Assembly (NCBI GenBank): GCA_963662655.2
Contig: CAXXTU010000002.1
Coordinates: 3,584,001 to 3,648,000 of the forward strand
Length of the DNA: 64,000 nucleotides
Direction of reading: 5' to 3'
Source: Candidatus Cloacimonadales bacterium
Lineage (GTDB): Bacteria; Cloacimonadota; Cloacimonadia; Cloacimonadales; JAIOQZ01
The notes beneath the pieces were generated by a model that ran no database searches, was not told where the DNA came from, and saw only the letters and a list, made by a program, of their open reading frames with translations. Below, one piece after another: positions 9,330 through 18,064 of the stretch. The translations under genes were made by a program, and so were the position numbers. Numbering within the stretch: position 1 is the stretch's first letter; each line of letters opens with the position of its first letter.

Positions 9330-11102
9330 TCATCTGAGAAGCAATAATTTCTGCACGCTGGATTTCCCCCCGCAATGCATTCTGCAGAAATAGACGCCCG
9401 ACGCAACCTGCCTGTTGTGGCTATCCACGCCCATCCAGACAAGCGATATGTTCTGATCCGCCGGAACGCTGTCGTTCAGCAACGTGCGAACCTTCTGACC
9501 CTTTACATTGAAAATCTCCACTTCAACTTTCCCGGCTTCGGGGACTGATAGATTGATCGCGCCACCGATAGAATACGGATTTTGCATGGCCAGGAGCATC
9601 GTTGAGATGTTGTCGTCCACGTGATACTGTTCCTGATCCATATAATGGTATTCGTAGCATCCGATATCGATACGTCCATTCTCGATGCGCTCGTTACCGG
9701 CAAGGTCGTAAAACGTAACCGGAATATTGCTTGTGTTCGGTGTTCCTGCGTCGATGCATGCTGAGCCGTCCTGTAGTGTGTAGGGGAAGTTCTCCTCCAT
9801 CGTGAAGAGCGGATCGGCTTCGATGTTGTTGATGTATGAATAGCTCCCGGAATCCAATGCGGGTCCGCCGATACTTCCCTGCCCGTTTTCGATCAGACAA
9901 TAAAGGAATGTCGGAAATCCATACGAAGGGTGCTCCTGGTAGTATTGAAGATCGTCCTGGGAGTCGTTGCCCCATATAATGCAGTTGTAGAATCTGGAGA
10001 ACGCCTTCACGGAGTAGAAAGCGCCTGCCTGTTCGGCGTGATTTGCCGTAATGGTACAATTGTAGAAGTACGGATAGTTCAACGACAGGGCGTAGAACGC
10101 GCCTCCAAACTCGCCGGTGTTATTCTCGAACAGGGAATTGACGATATACGGGATATAGACGGTATTCCCGATATAACACGCGCCGCCGTCATCCGCGGTA
10201 TTTTCGGTGAACACGCACGATTCGATCAGGAAATCGCCACCAAAAGCGCTCAAAGCGCCGCCGGCGTCGGCGAAATTGTTCGAGAAATTGCATTCAACGA
10301 TATCCGAGTTACAATAATCGATGTGAAGCCCCCCGCCGTCCATGCCAGACTGATTGTTGTGAAAATCGCAGTTGTCAAAGCGGAGAAACGCATCGATGCC
10401 CAACATCCCGCCGCCCGAACTCGATGCGACGTTGCCGATGAAATCGCAGCGTTCGAATATCTGTGTTTCATCGCTGCGGTTGACGACGCAAGCAGCGCCG
10501 TAAATCGCCCGATTACCTGTGAAATCGGTTCGGGAGACCTCTATATAACTTCTTTCGGCGTAAAGACCGCCGCCTTCGAGGTCGCCGATATTCTCGTCGA
10601 AGAGGCAGCTCGCGAATGTCGCCTCGCTGTTCAGGACAGCCACGGCTCCACCGCAGGAAGCGAAATTGTCATAGAACCGGCACCTCTCGAATGAGAGCTG
10701 GCTTTGTTCACGGGCGTGGATCGCTCCACCGTAGTAGTCCTCATCGTGGTTGAAACCGTTTCCCTTTTCGAAGACGCAGTGACTGAAATCGCCCGTCGCC
10801 TGCCGAAACCGCAATCCGCCCCAACCGTTCGGAGCTTGCGAAGTGAAACGCACCGAGTCCTGATCGGTTCCGTAAACCATCATGTTGCCATTGACGAAGA
10901 AGGAATATGGCCCGGTGAACATGACGGTTGTTCCCGCTTCGATGGTGAGGTTGATAAACGGTTCGAGCGTGATATCTCTCGCGATATACATCGTGTCCGC
11001 TTGCCAGGTCGTATCTTTGGCAATTGTTCCGGGAGCATTGGAAACGTTTGCTCCAAGCGTCATTGCGATCGCGATTAGTATGAGTGTTGTTATCTGTTTC
11101 AT
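9330..11102 (-). CDS. Secreted right-handed beta-helix (pectin-lyase/Pmp-like) protein with FlgD/T9SS-type C-terminal domain
   Basis: Signal peptide MKQITTL (ATGA overlap with upstream stop), repeated FxxNxAxxGG, DLAGNERI...DIGCYE and IFNVKGQKVRTL. Confidence 0.85.
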   Translation of the reverse strand: MKQITTLILIAIAMTLGANVSNAPGTIAKDTTWQADTMYIARDITLEPFINLTIEAGTTVMFTGPYSFFVNGNMMVYGTDQDSVRFTSQAPNGWGGLRFRQATGDFSHCVFEKGNGFNHDEDYYGGAIHAREQSQLSFERCRFYDNFASCGGAVAVLNSEATFASCLFDENIGDLEGGGLYAERSYIEVSRTDFTGNRAIYGAACVVNRSDETQIFERCDFIGNVASSSGGGMLGIDAFLRFDNCDFHNNQSGMDGGGLHIDYCNSDIVECNFSNNFADAGGALSAFGGDFLIESCVFTENTADDGGACYIGNTVYIPYIVNSLFENNTGEFGGAFYALSLNYPYFYNCTITANHAEQAGAFYSVKAFSRFYNCIIWGNDSQDDLQYYQEHPSYGFPTFLYCLIENGQGSIGGPALDSGSYSYINNIEADPLFTMEENFPYTLQDGSACIDAGTPNTSNIPVTFYDLAGNERIENGRIDIGCYEYHYMDQEQYHVDDNISTMLLAMQNPYSIGGAINLSVPEAGKVEVEIFNVKGQKVRTLLNDSVPADQNISLVWMGVDSHNRQVASGVYFCRMHCGGKSSVQKLLLLR

Positions 11103-13069
11103 CGTACGTACACCGCCCTCATGATTTTCTGCTGGTTGTCGTGATCGATTGTCTTGATGAAGTAGACACCGTTTGCTTGCCTGTGCATATCGTAGTTCCA
11201 TTCCGATGTCTTGAGGTTCGAGTCCTCAACGATGCGCTGCCCCTTGATATTGTATATCCCGACAGATTTCAAGTTGCTGTCGCGCGTTTGTGACCGGACA
11301 TACAGCCGGGTGCCTTTGATGAATGTATAGATGTGCTTCGTCGGGCTTGTCTCGGGTGTGAAACTGCCGGTGTTGTGTTCAAATTCAAGGGTGACGCTTG
11401 TTCCGGGATAGAAACGGTTCACGGTCTCGTATTCGTTCTTGAATTGAACCTCGAAGTCTTTGATCACAGTCGAGCTCCCATTATAGTAGGTGTAGTGCAA
11501 CGTGTAATCCGTCTGCTGGATGTTCGTCACATACACCGAATCGACAGCCCGAAGCCGGTCGAACAGGACTTCCGTCGGCGTGATCCAGAGTCCCTCGTTC
11601 TGCTGGAAATCGTTCAGCATTCTGAGGCAGTATTCCGCTTCGTCGCGGATAACATAGCGATCGTTCGCCGCATCTCTTCTCAGGAATCCGTATCGAAGGG
11701 AGTTGTCCTGGATATAGAAGTGGGTGTATGGCTGAATGAAGCCGTTGTTCTTCAGGATTTCGGTGATATTCGCATAGGAAACGTTGTGGAAGAAATCGTA
11801 TTCGGGCCAGACGCTGTAGAGCCAGAATTCGCAACGTAAACGCTCGTAATACCAGATTGGTCTCGCTGTCGGCAGCGCGTAGATTCGATGCGGCAACTGA
11901 CGCGGATCGTCGAAGCTGTTGTAGTGGTACTCGAGATCAGTAAAGCCAATCCAGGCGTAATCGAAGCCGGCTTCGCTGAGGATATCCATAATGTAGTGCT
12001 CCGACTCGGGGTTGTATCCCTCGCGGCAGATATCTTCCGGATTGAGCATGCTGCTGTGGTCGATCCACATGCGTATGTTGTATTGTGTGAGGTTGTTCAG
12101 GAGCGCGTCTTCGAGCAGGTCCATGTCATCTTCAAGCGGATCGTATGTGTGAAATCCAATCGTGCTTCCGGATTCCATGATTTCTGTCCAGTAGTCGCCT
12201 ACCGATTCGTAATTGCACCCGAAAACAGTGTTGCACACCGTAATTTCGTTGGGGATCAGTCCCTTGGTGCCATAGATTTCATCGGTTGGGTCTGAAGATC
12301 CCCAATACATTGCCCGGATAAAGTCCTCGCATTCGCTGTCGGCATCGTTGGTGATGGCGAGCGCTCCCTTCTTCGTGGCGGGGTAAGGATTCACATAAGC
12401 CAGCAGTGGTTCGGACTCCGTGATTGCAAGAAGATAGTCGAACGAATCCACAGCATGAACCGGCATCCAGTTCATGTGGTGCCCGTGGTAGGTGGTCATC
12501 GGAGCCCAATGATAGTTGCAGCTGTACAGATACAGATTATCCCCTTCAACAATCTCCGCGCCGGGATTCTCGCCGAGATTCGATGCGATAATGCCGAGAA
12601 CTTGATCGTCGTAGTTGTACTGAACGCTTCTCTGTATGAATGGATAGAGATTTCGGTTCTGCTGGCGATTGCCGTTGAAAATCGCCTTGGGTCCCTGGAG
12701 GCAGTTGAATCCCGGTTGGAGGTTCATTTTCAGAACGATGTTCCGGATGTTCATTTCCTCCAGATAGGTGATGTTTATACTGGCATCATGCCATGTTGGT
12801 TGTAAAAACGCGTGCAGGTTCACGTCCACGGTAATCTCGATACGATCGGAAGCGTAGTCGAGAACAACGCGGTTGTCCTCGACATCCCAATCCCGGAGCT
12901 CGATGGGTTCTGCCTCGAATTGCGTTTGCGAGGAGTAAACCTCGATGTAAGGTTTCAGGTCGAATGAAATCAGATTCGATTGGAATCTCAAGGTTGCTGC
13001 ATTGAACGATAGCGATATAAGCGGAGTTATAGCGCTAATAATAAGAATAAAGATAATAATTGCCCTCAT
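11099..13069 (-). CDS. Secreted polysaccharide-deacetylase-like protein with T9SS-type C-terminal domain
   Basis: Signal peptide; ALAITNDAD, IGFHTY and WIDHS resemble NodB-fold motifs; IYNIKGQ...NGVYF at the C-terminus. Confidence 0.6.
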   Translation of the reverse strand: MRAIIIFILIISAITPLISLSFNAATLRFQSNLISFDLKPYIEVYSSQTQFEAEPIELRDWDVEDNRVVLDYASDRIEITVDVNLHAFLQPTWHDASINITYLEEMNIRNIVLKMNLQPGFNCLQGPKAIFNGNRQQNRNLYPFIQRSVQYNYDDQVLGIIASNLGENPGAEIVEGDNLYLYSCNYHWAPMTTYHGHHMNWMPVHAVDSFDYLLAITESEPLLAYVNPYPATKKGALAITNDADSECEDFIRAMYWGSSDPTDEIYGTKGLIPNEITVCNTVFGCNYESVGDYWTEIMESGSTIGFHTYDPLEDDMDLLEDALLNNLTQYNIRMWIDHSSMLNPEDICREGYNPESEHYIMDILSEAGFDYAWIGFTDLEYHYNSFDDPRQLPHRIYALPTARPIWYYERLRCEFWLYSVWPEYDFFHNVSYANITEILKNNGFIQPYTHFYIQDNSLRYGFLRRDAANDRYVIRDEAEYCLRMLNDFQQNEGLWITPTEVLFDRLRAVDSVYVTNIQQTDYTLHYTYYNGSSTVIKDFEVQFKNEYETVNRFYPGTSVTLEFEHNTGSFTPETSPTKHIYTFIKGTRLYVRSQTRDSNLKSVGIYNIKGQRIVEDSNLKTSEWNYDMHRQANGVYFIKTIDHDNQQKIMRAVYVR

Positions 13070-13346
13070 AATACCCTCTCTACATAACAATGAAATATTA
13101 ATCTCTCAAAATGCAGTGTCAAGCAAAATCTTGAAGACATCATCAGAAAAGCGCTGATTTCACATGCAAAGAGACACTGAAAATGTCAAATGGGGTCACG
13201 GATATAACTAATTGGATCACCGGAAATTTCAAACGATTAGCTTGCCGTTGGATACAAAGCGGCGGTTCACGGACAGATGCACGTAACGTGTTCAATGCCA
13301 ATGCGATGTGAGACAATGCGACGGACAGGTTTTCGCTCTTTTTTCT

Positions 13347-13568
13347 TCAATTCCTGATTGCCACCAGCCGGTACTTGAGAGCTGTCACCGCACCCTTTGA
13401 ACTAAGTCCCACCGTTACCTTGACCACCCCATGAGCCAGCGAGACCTCGCCGATGAGGAGGCCGCTCTGCCAGGCGCTTCAGGGGCGAAGCAGGCGCAAA
13501 TCCAGTCCTGAGACTGGCAAGCGCTTTTCGCCCTCCAGTTTGTAGTAGCTCGTGCCGTATTTGTACAT
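13347..13568 (-). pseudogene. Short degraded gene remnant with in-frame TGA, possibly phage-derived
   Basis: MYKYGTSYYKLEGEKRLPVSGLDLRLLRP*SAWQSGLLIGEVSLAHGVVKVTVGLSSKGAVTALKYRLVAIRN*, with the internal stop at 13479-13481. Confidence 0.4.
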
Positions 13569-13602
13569 AATTCTATCCTGTGGTGATAATGGTGTCTTCG
13601 TC

Positions 13603-13836
13603 TCAACAGCGGGTGATCCATATCCGGTTGAAAGGCTCGGCTGCAGCTAGAGCGGATTGCAGAGATGTGTAGGCGTTTGCCCAACTGCTGCCGTTGTTAC
13701 TTCCTGTGGCCGCTATATCCACGTACAGGATGGAACGGGTATCGGTTCTATCGATGGCGGGTAAAATCGAAAATATAAATGCAAGTATGATAAGCAAGAT
13801 CGGCACTTTGCGCGAGCCATTCCGATTCTTCGTCAT
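13603..13836 (-). pseudogene. N-terminal fragment of a secreted beta-helix-type protein
   Basis: RBS, signal peptide, then ILYVDIAATGSNNGSSWANAYTSLQSALAAA...IWI, the typical start of such domains; ends abruptly. Confidence 0.7.
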
Positions 13837-13937
13837 ATAATCCTCTCTTCCTGATAATATCCAGTTCGTTAAATTCATTCAATGAGATACCTCCCTCAAG
13901 TACCCTGTTTCAGGTTCTTCAGGCAGACAAAGTCATG

Positions 13938-14382
13938 TGTCAATACGATGGAAATCCATCTTCCACCCCTTCGGGAACGTAAATCTGATATTCCTTTGCT
14001 GATCAATTATTTTACATCGAGCCTTTCCGGGGAAATGAACATCAAAGTTCCGGCTCTCAGCCAAAAAGCGCTCAACAAGTTATATAACTATGACTACCCC
14101 GGGAATATCCGGGAACTGAAGAATATCATCCAACGCCTGTTGCTTTTCTGCCAGAAGGGCACAATTGACGAAGAAGATATCCTCATTGAAGCAGACTACG
14201 GTTCGCTCAGCAACCTGGATAACCTGAATCTCGATCTTGAGGAACATGAAAAGATACTGATCCACACGGCCTTGAAACGATCGGACAATGTCATTTCAAA
14301 TGCTGCGAAATTGCTGGGGATTTCACCTTTCGCCCTTGCCAGAAGGTTGAAGAAGTACAACATGCACCCTGCGAACGAGTAA
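13938..14382 (+). pseudogene. C-terminal fragment of a sigma-54-dependent (NtrC/Fis) regulator
   Basis: VNTMEIHLPPLRERKSDI...YDYPGNIRELKN plus a Fis-type HTH; Walker A, GAFTGA and receiver are missing. Confidence 0.8.
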
Positions 14383-14429
14383 GACCATCTGAAACGAAAA
14401 AACGGGAGTATGCGTTAGACAGAATGATA

Positions 14430-14459
14430 TTGACAAACAAGGTATATACTTTATAAAAT
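14430..14459 (+). promoter_or_regulatory. Putative sigma-70 promoter
   Basis: TTGACA at 14430 with TATAAA/TAAAAT 16-18 nt downstream, upstream of the 14507 gene. Confidence 0.5.
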
Positions 14460-14506
14460 CTGATCAGATCATGTATAAACTGCGTGCGATGCAAAGGAGA
14501 AAAAAA

Positions 14507-17500
14507 ATGAAAACAGCCGTGATCATCATTTTCATTTTTCTCATGTTTTTTACTCTCAACTTGTATGGTAATAACGCATTGGATTTTAACGGGATAACCG
14601 ATTATGCCAGCATTCCCGACGATGGCCTGTTTGATGTAGCTGCCGTTACGATAGAATTGTGGTTTTATTGGGACGGTAGCGGCACCGATGTAGATTTTCT
14701 GACGGCAAAAAGTACGGAAGAATTAGAAATCCATTTAGGTGGCAGCACCTCTAATGGTATCCGCTTCATTCCCACCAGCAGCGTGTGGATCGATACTCCC
14801 GCCGAAGCCTTTACTCCCGGCGCATGGGTACATGTGGCTTGTGTATATGATCCCGGTCAATCCCTTGGCAAAATTTATGTTAACGGCAACGATATGGGGG
14901 CAGTAAATAATGGCTCAAACCCATTGACGACTGCGATCGTCCACTCTGACAGCGATTTCCGTTTAGGCTTAAGAGGTAATGGAAGTTTTCCCCATAATGG
15001 TAAAATAGATGAAGTACGCATCTGGAATTATGCCCGTTCTCAGGTGGAAATCCAATCTGCCATCTGGGATCCATTAACCGGTTCAGAGAATGGTCTGATT
15101 GGTTATTGGCGATTGGATGTCCTGGAAGATTTGGGCATTAACGGCGACGGCGCTGACGATATCCGGGATTACACCGCCAATAACCTTCATGGCGATACGG
15201 ATGGTACCGTCTTGACGGGCGGCGCACCCTTGCATCCGTTTACCGAAATTGCCGACAATTTAGTGGATGTTTCTTCGGGTAACGATGTTGTCTGGGGCGA
15301 CTACGACAACGACGGCGACCTGGATATTCTATTGACGGGAGGGAGTATTCCCGGCGGCCGACTCAGCGAAGTCTATCGCAATGACGGCGATGATACCTTT
15401 ACCGCCATTAATGCCGGATTACCCGTCTTTACTGGTAGTTCTAACGCCTGGGGTGACTATGATAACGACGGCGATCTGGATTTGCTGCTCGCAGGAGAAG
15501 AATTTCCAACGGAACTTGCTATTTCCAAAATCTGCCGCAATGACGGCAATGATACTTTTACAGACATCAATGCCGGGCTGGTTGGAGTAGAGGATAGTAA
15601 CGTCGCCTGGGGCGATTATGACAACGACGGCGACCTGGATATTCTATTAACGGGAACGAATGTTTCCTGCGACAACCTCAGCGAAATCTATCGCAATGAC
15701 GGCAATGATACTTTTACCGCCATTAATGCTGGATTGGCCGGTATTTCCGAAGGTTCTGTTGCCTGGGGTGATTATGATAATGATGGCGATCTGGATATCC
15801 TTCTTGCCGCCGGATTACCCCTCGGAGTATATATTACCAGAATCTACCGCAATGACAGCAATGATACTTTTACGGACATCGATGCCGGGCTGCAGGGTGT
15901 TGGTTTTTGCAGCGTCGCATGGGGCGATTATGACAACGACGGCGATCTGGATATTCTGTTGGCGGGAGACTACTATGATGGTTCTTGGCACACAATCAGC
16001 AAGGTCTACCGCAATGACAGCAATGATACTTTTACGGATATCAATGCCGGGCTGGTTGGAGTAAAGAATTGTAACGTCGCCTGGGGCGATTACGACAACG
16101 ATGGCGACCTGGATATTCTTCTATCGGGATATGGCTCCAGCCCCACTACCAAAATCTATAAAAACAATGGAGACGACACCTTTACAGAACAAACCGGCAT
16201 CAATTTGGCGGGTCTCGTAAATGGTTCCGTTGCCTGGGGTGATTATGATAATGATGGCGACTTGGATATTCTGTTGGCAGGGTATGATTTTACCAGTATC
16301 TATAGAAATAATGCTGCCATTGCCAATGCCGCACCAAACGCACCTGAGGGATTAGCCGCAATTGCAGATAGAAACTCCCTAACCTTCAGTTGGAATGCCG
16401 CCGCGGATGATGAAACCCCATCCTCGGGATTGACCTATAACTTACGGGTCGGTTCAACATCCGGCGGTGATGAGGTGTTCTCATCCATGGCGCAGAGCGA
16501 CGGCTGGCGGAAAGTACCCCGTTTGGGCAGTCAGAACCATAACACCGAATGGACATTTGATGTCACCTATCCGTTTCAGACATCTTCTGTGGTTTATTAT
16601 TGGAGTGTACAGGCAATAGATAATTGTTTTGCCGGTTCTCCTTTTGCCTCCGAGCAGGTATTCAATCCGGTTCTATACCCCTGTCTGATTAATGCGGATG
16701 AACAGCGACCTACCGGAACCCTGCTCTGGGAAACCAACAGCCTCGACGTGATAGACAGTTATCAAATACAGATTGATGATAACCCCGATTTCTCCAGTCC
16801 CGAAGTTGATGACAATGTTCTTCCTCCCAATTCCCGGATTACGGAACTTTACGCTGGGGTGCGATTGAATACATTGCCCGAATATGGTAATCTTGCAGAT
16901 GATACGGTTTATTACTGGCGCATGAAACCCAACTATTCGAATGGCTGGACATCGGTTTTTACCGATGGCACCGCTCATTTCTTCTTCAACAAGATCAACA
17001 CGGCTCCTGATGCGCCTATAAGCGGTTTTACACCGGCAAATGACGAGGCTGTTTCCAGCTTGACGCCGATCCTTTCCTGGGGCAATGCATCCGACCCGGA
17101 TTTAAGCGATAATTCCGATTGCTTGAAGTATTACATTGAACTGGATACGACCGACACGTTTGTCGCCCCTGTTTATTCGGTCATGACTGCATTTGGACAG
17201 CCGTATGTTCAGATTGAAAGCAACCTCCTTGCAGGATATCGATATTACTACAGGGTGAAAACGGTCGATGATGAACTCACTGAGTCCGATTGGTCTGCGA
17301 TTCAGCAGTTTATTACGTTGATGCCGCCACAGAATGTAACGATTACCCGCAATGATGCATGTGTAATGATCTCCTGGGATTCAGTACCGTATAAATACAG
17401 AGGCATCATTTATTCCGTATATAGTTCTAACGATCCTAATGCCGTATTCCCTGATGGTTGGGCAGTGGAAGCCGTGAATTTGAACACGACATCCTGGAGT

Positions 17501-17605
17501 GATTTGAGTACTTCTTCTTGTTCCAAGTTTTACAGAGTGACCGCAGGCAGCCCGTTCCTCGAATCCTTACTCATCAAAACAGGAAGTGAACCGGCTTGTC
17601 ATTGA
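14507..17605 (+). CDS. Secreted LamG + FG-GAP (VCBS) beta-propeller + FN3 protein
   Basis: AAGGAG RBS, signal peptide, LamG motif GKIDEVRIWNYAR, seven WGDYDNDGDLDIL repeats and FN3-like domains. Confidence 0.9.
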   Translation: MKTAVIIIFIFLMFFTLNLYGNNALDFNGITDYASIPDDGLFDVAAVTIELWFYWDGSGTDVDFLTAKSTEELEIHLGGSTSNGIRFIPTSSVWIDTPAEAFTPGAWVHVACVYDPGQSLGKIYVNGNDMGAVNNGSNPLTTAIVHSDSDFRLGLRGNGSFPHNGKIDEVRIWNYARSQVEIQSAIWDPLTGSENGLIGYWRLDVLEDLGINGDGADDIRDYTANNLHGDTDGTVLTGGAPLHPFTEIADNLVDVSSGNDVVWGDYDNDGDLDILLTGGSIPGGRLSEVYRNDGDDTFTAINAGLPVFTGSSNAWGDYDNDGDLDLLLAGEEFPTELAISKICRNDGNDTFTDINAGLVGVEDSNVAWGDYDNDGDLDILLTGTNVSCDNLSEIYRNDGNDTFTAINAGLAGISEGSVAWGDYDNDGDLDILLAAGLPLGVYITRIYRNDSNDTFTDIDAGLQGVGFCSVAWGDYDNDGDLDILLAGDYYDGSWHTISKVYRNDSNDTFTDINAGLVGVKNCNVAWGDYDNDGDLDILLSGYGSSPTTKIYKNNGDDTFTEQTGINLAGLVNGSVAWGDYDNDGDLDILLAGYDFTSIYRNNAAIANAAPNAPEGLAAIADRNSLTFSWNAAADDETPSSGLTYNLRVGSTSGGDEVFSSMAQSDGWRKVPRLGSQNHNTEWTFDVTYPFQTSSVVYYWSVQAIDNCFAGSPFASEQVFNPVLYPCLINADEQRPTGTLLWETNSLDVIDSYQIQIDDNPDFSSPEVDDNVLPPNSRITELYAGVRLNTLPEYGNLADDTVYYWRMKPNYSNGWTSVFTDGTAHFFFNKINTAPDAPISGFTPANDEAVSSLTPILSWGNASDPDLSDNSDCLKYYIELDTTDTFVAPVYSVMTAFGQPYVQIESNLLAGYRYYYRVKTVDDELTESDWSAIQQFITLMPPQNVTITRNDACVMISWDSVPYKYRGIIYSVYSSNDPNAVFPDGWAVEAVNLNTTSWSDLSTSSCSKFYRVTAGSPFLESLLIKTGSEPACH
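15240..16310 (+). repeat. Seven tandem FG-GAP-encoding DNA repeats (about 153-162 bp period)
   Basis: The TGG GGY GAY TAY GAY AAY core starts at 15293, 15449, 15608, 15764, 15920, 16082 and 16235. Confidence 0.9.
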
Positions 17606-17651
17606 TCACTCAAACTCCAGGCATTCTGTTTTTCACAAACTAAATCAACCG

Positions 17652-17677
17652 GCCTGCTCGTCTTGGGCAGGCTTTTT
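17652..17677 (+). terminator. Rho-independent terminator
   Basis: GCCTGCTC / GGGCAGGC stem followed by TTTTT. Confidence 0.65.
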
Positions 17678-17885
17678 CATCTGACTCGGCGTTCGATTCG
17701 TCCACTGCGCTCGTCGGTCCGATGGCGCTTCATTTCCGGCTCTATTGATTTGCGGTACAAGAAGTTGATTCGCAACCCCCCGAAACCTTCCAAACCCAGA
17801 CCAGATTTGGCATTCTTGGTGTTACTTCGCATCACAATCCTGTAGAACAATTGTCGGCGTCCATCTAGATAGAAACAGGAATCGA

Positions 17886-17914
17886 TTGACATCAAGATAG
17901 TTCCTGTGTATTCT
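17886..17914 (+). promoter_or_regulatory. Putative sigma-70 promoter
   Basis: TTGACA-17 nt-TATTCT with a TGn extension, upstream of the hybrid kinase. Confidence 0.55.
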
Positions 17915-18064
17915 GTAAATAAGATAATGTTAGGAATGTACGAAGGATACGCTATATTTTCCATTACAAGCAGTGAAAATCGTTTCGGTTTCGTAAGGGA
18001 TGATGCCGACGATCGCATTGGGGTCATGCGGGTCTGAACAATGTATGATTTCGGGAGTTAATGT

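Noticed and set aside
13240..13300. Group II intron domain V-like GAACCGCC on the minus strand
   Set aside because: The remainder of the domain V/VI hairpin is absent.
13479..13481. Selenocysteine or recoded TGA
   Set aside because: The context suggests a Gly codon mutated to a stop, no SECIS is evident, and TGA is a normal stop elsewhere.
15240..16310. CRISPR-like periodic repeats
   Set aside because: In-frame coding FG-GAP repeats with about 156-bp period; no cas genes.
17805..17825. Sigma-54 promoter-like TTGGCA
   Set aside because: The -12 GC is not present at the required spacing.
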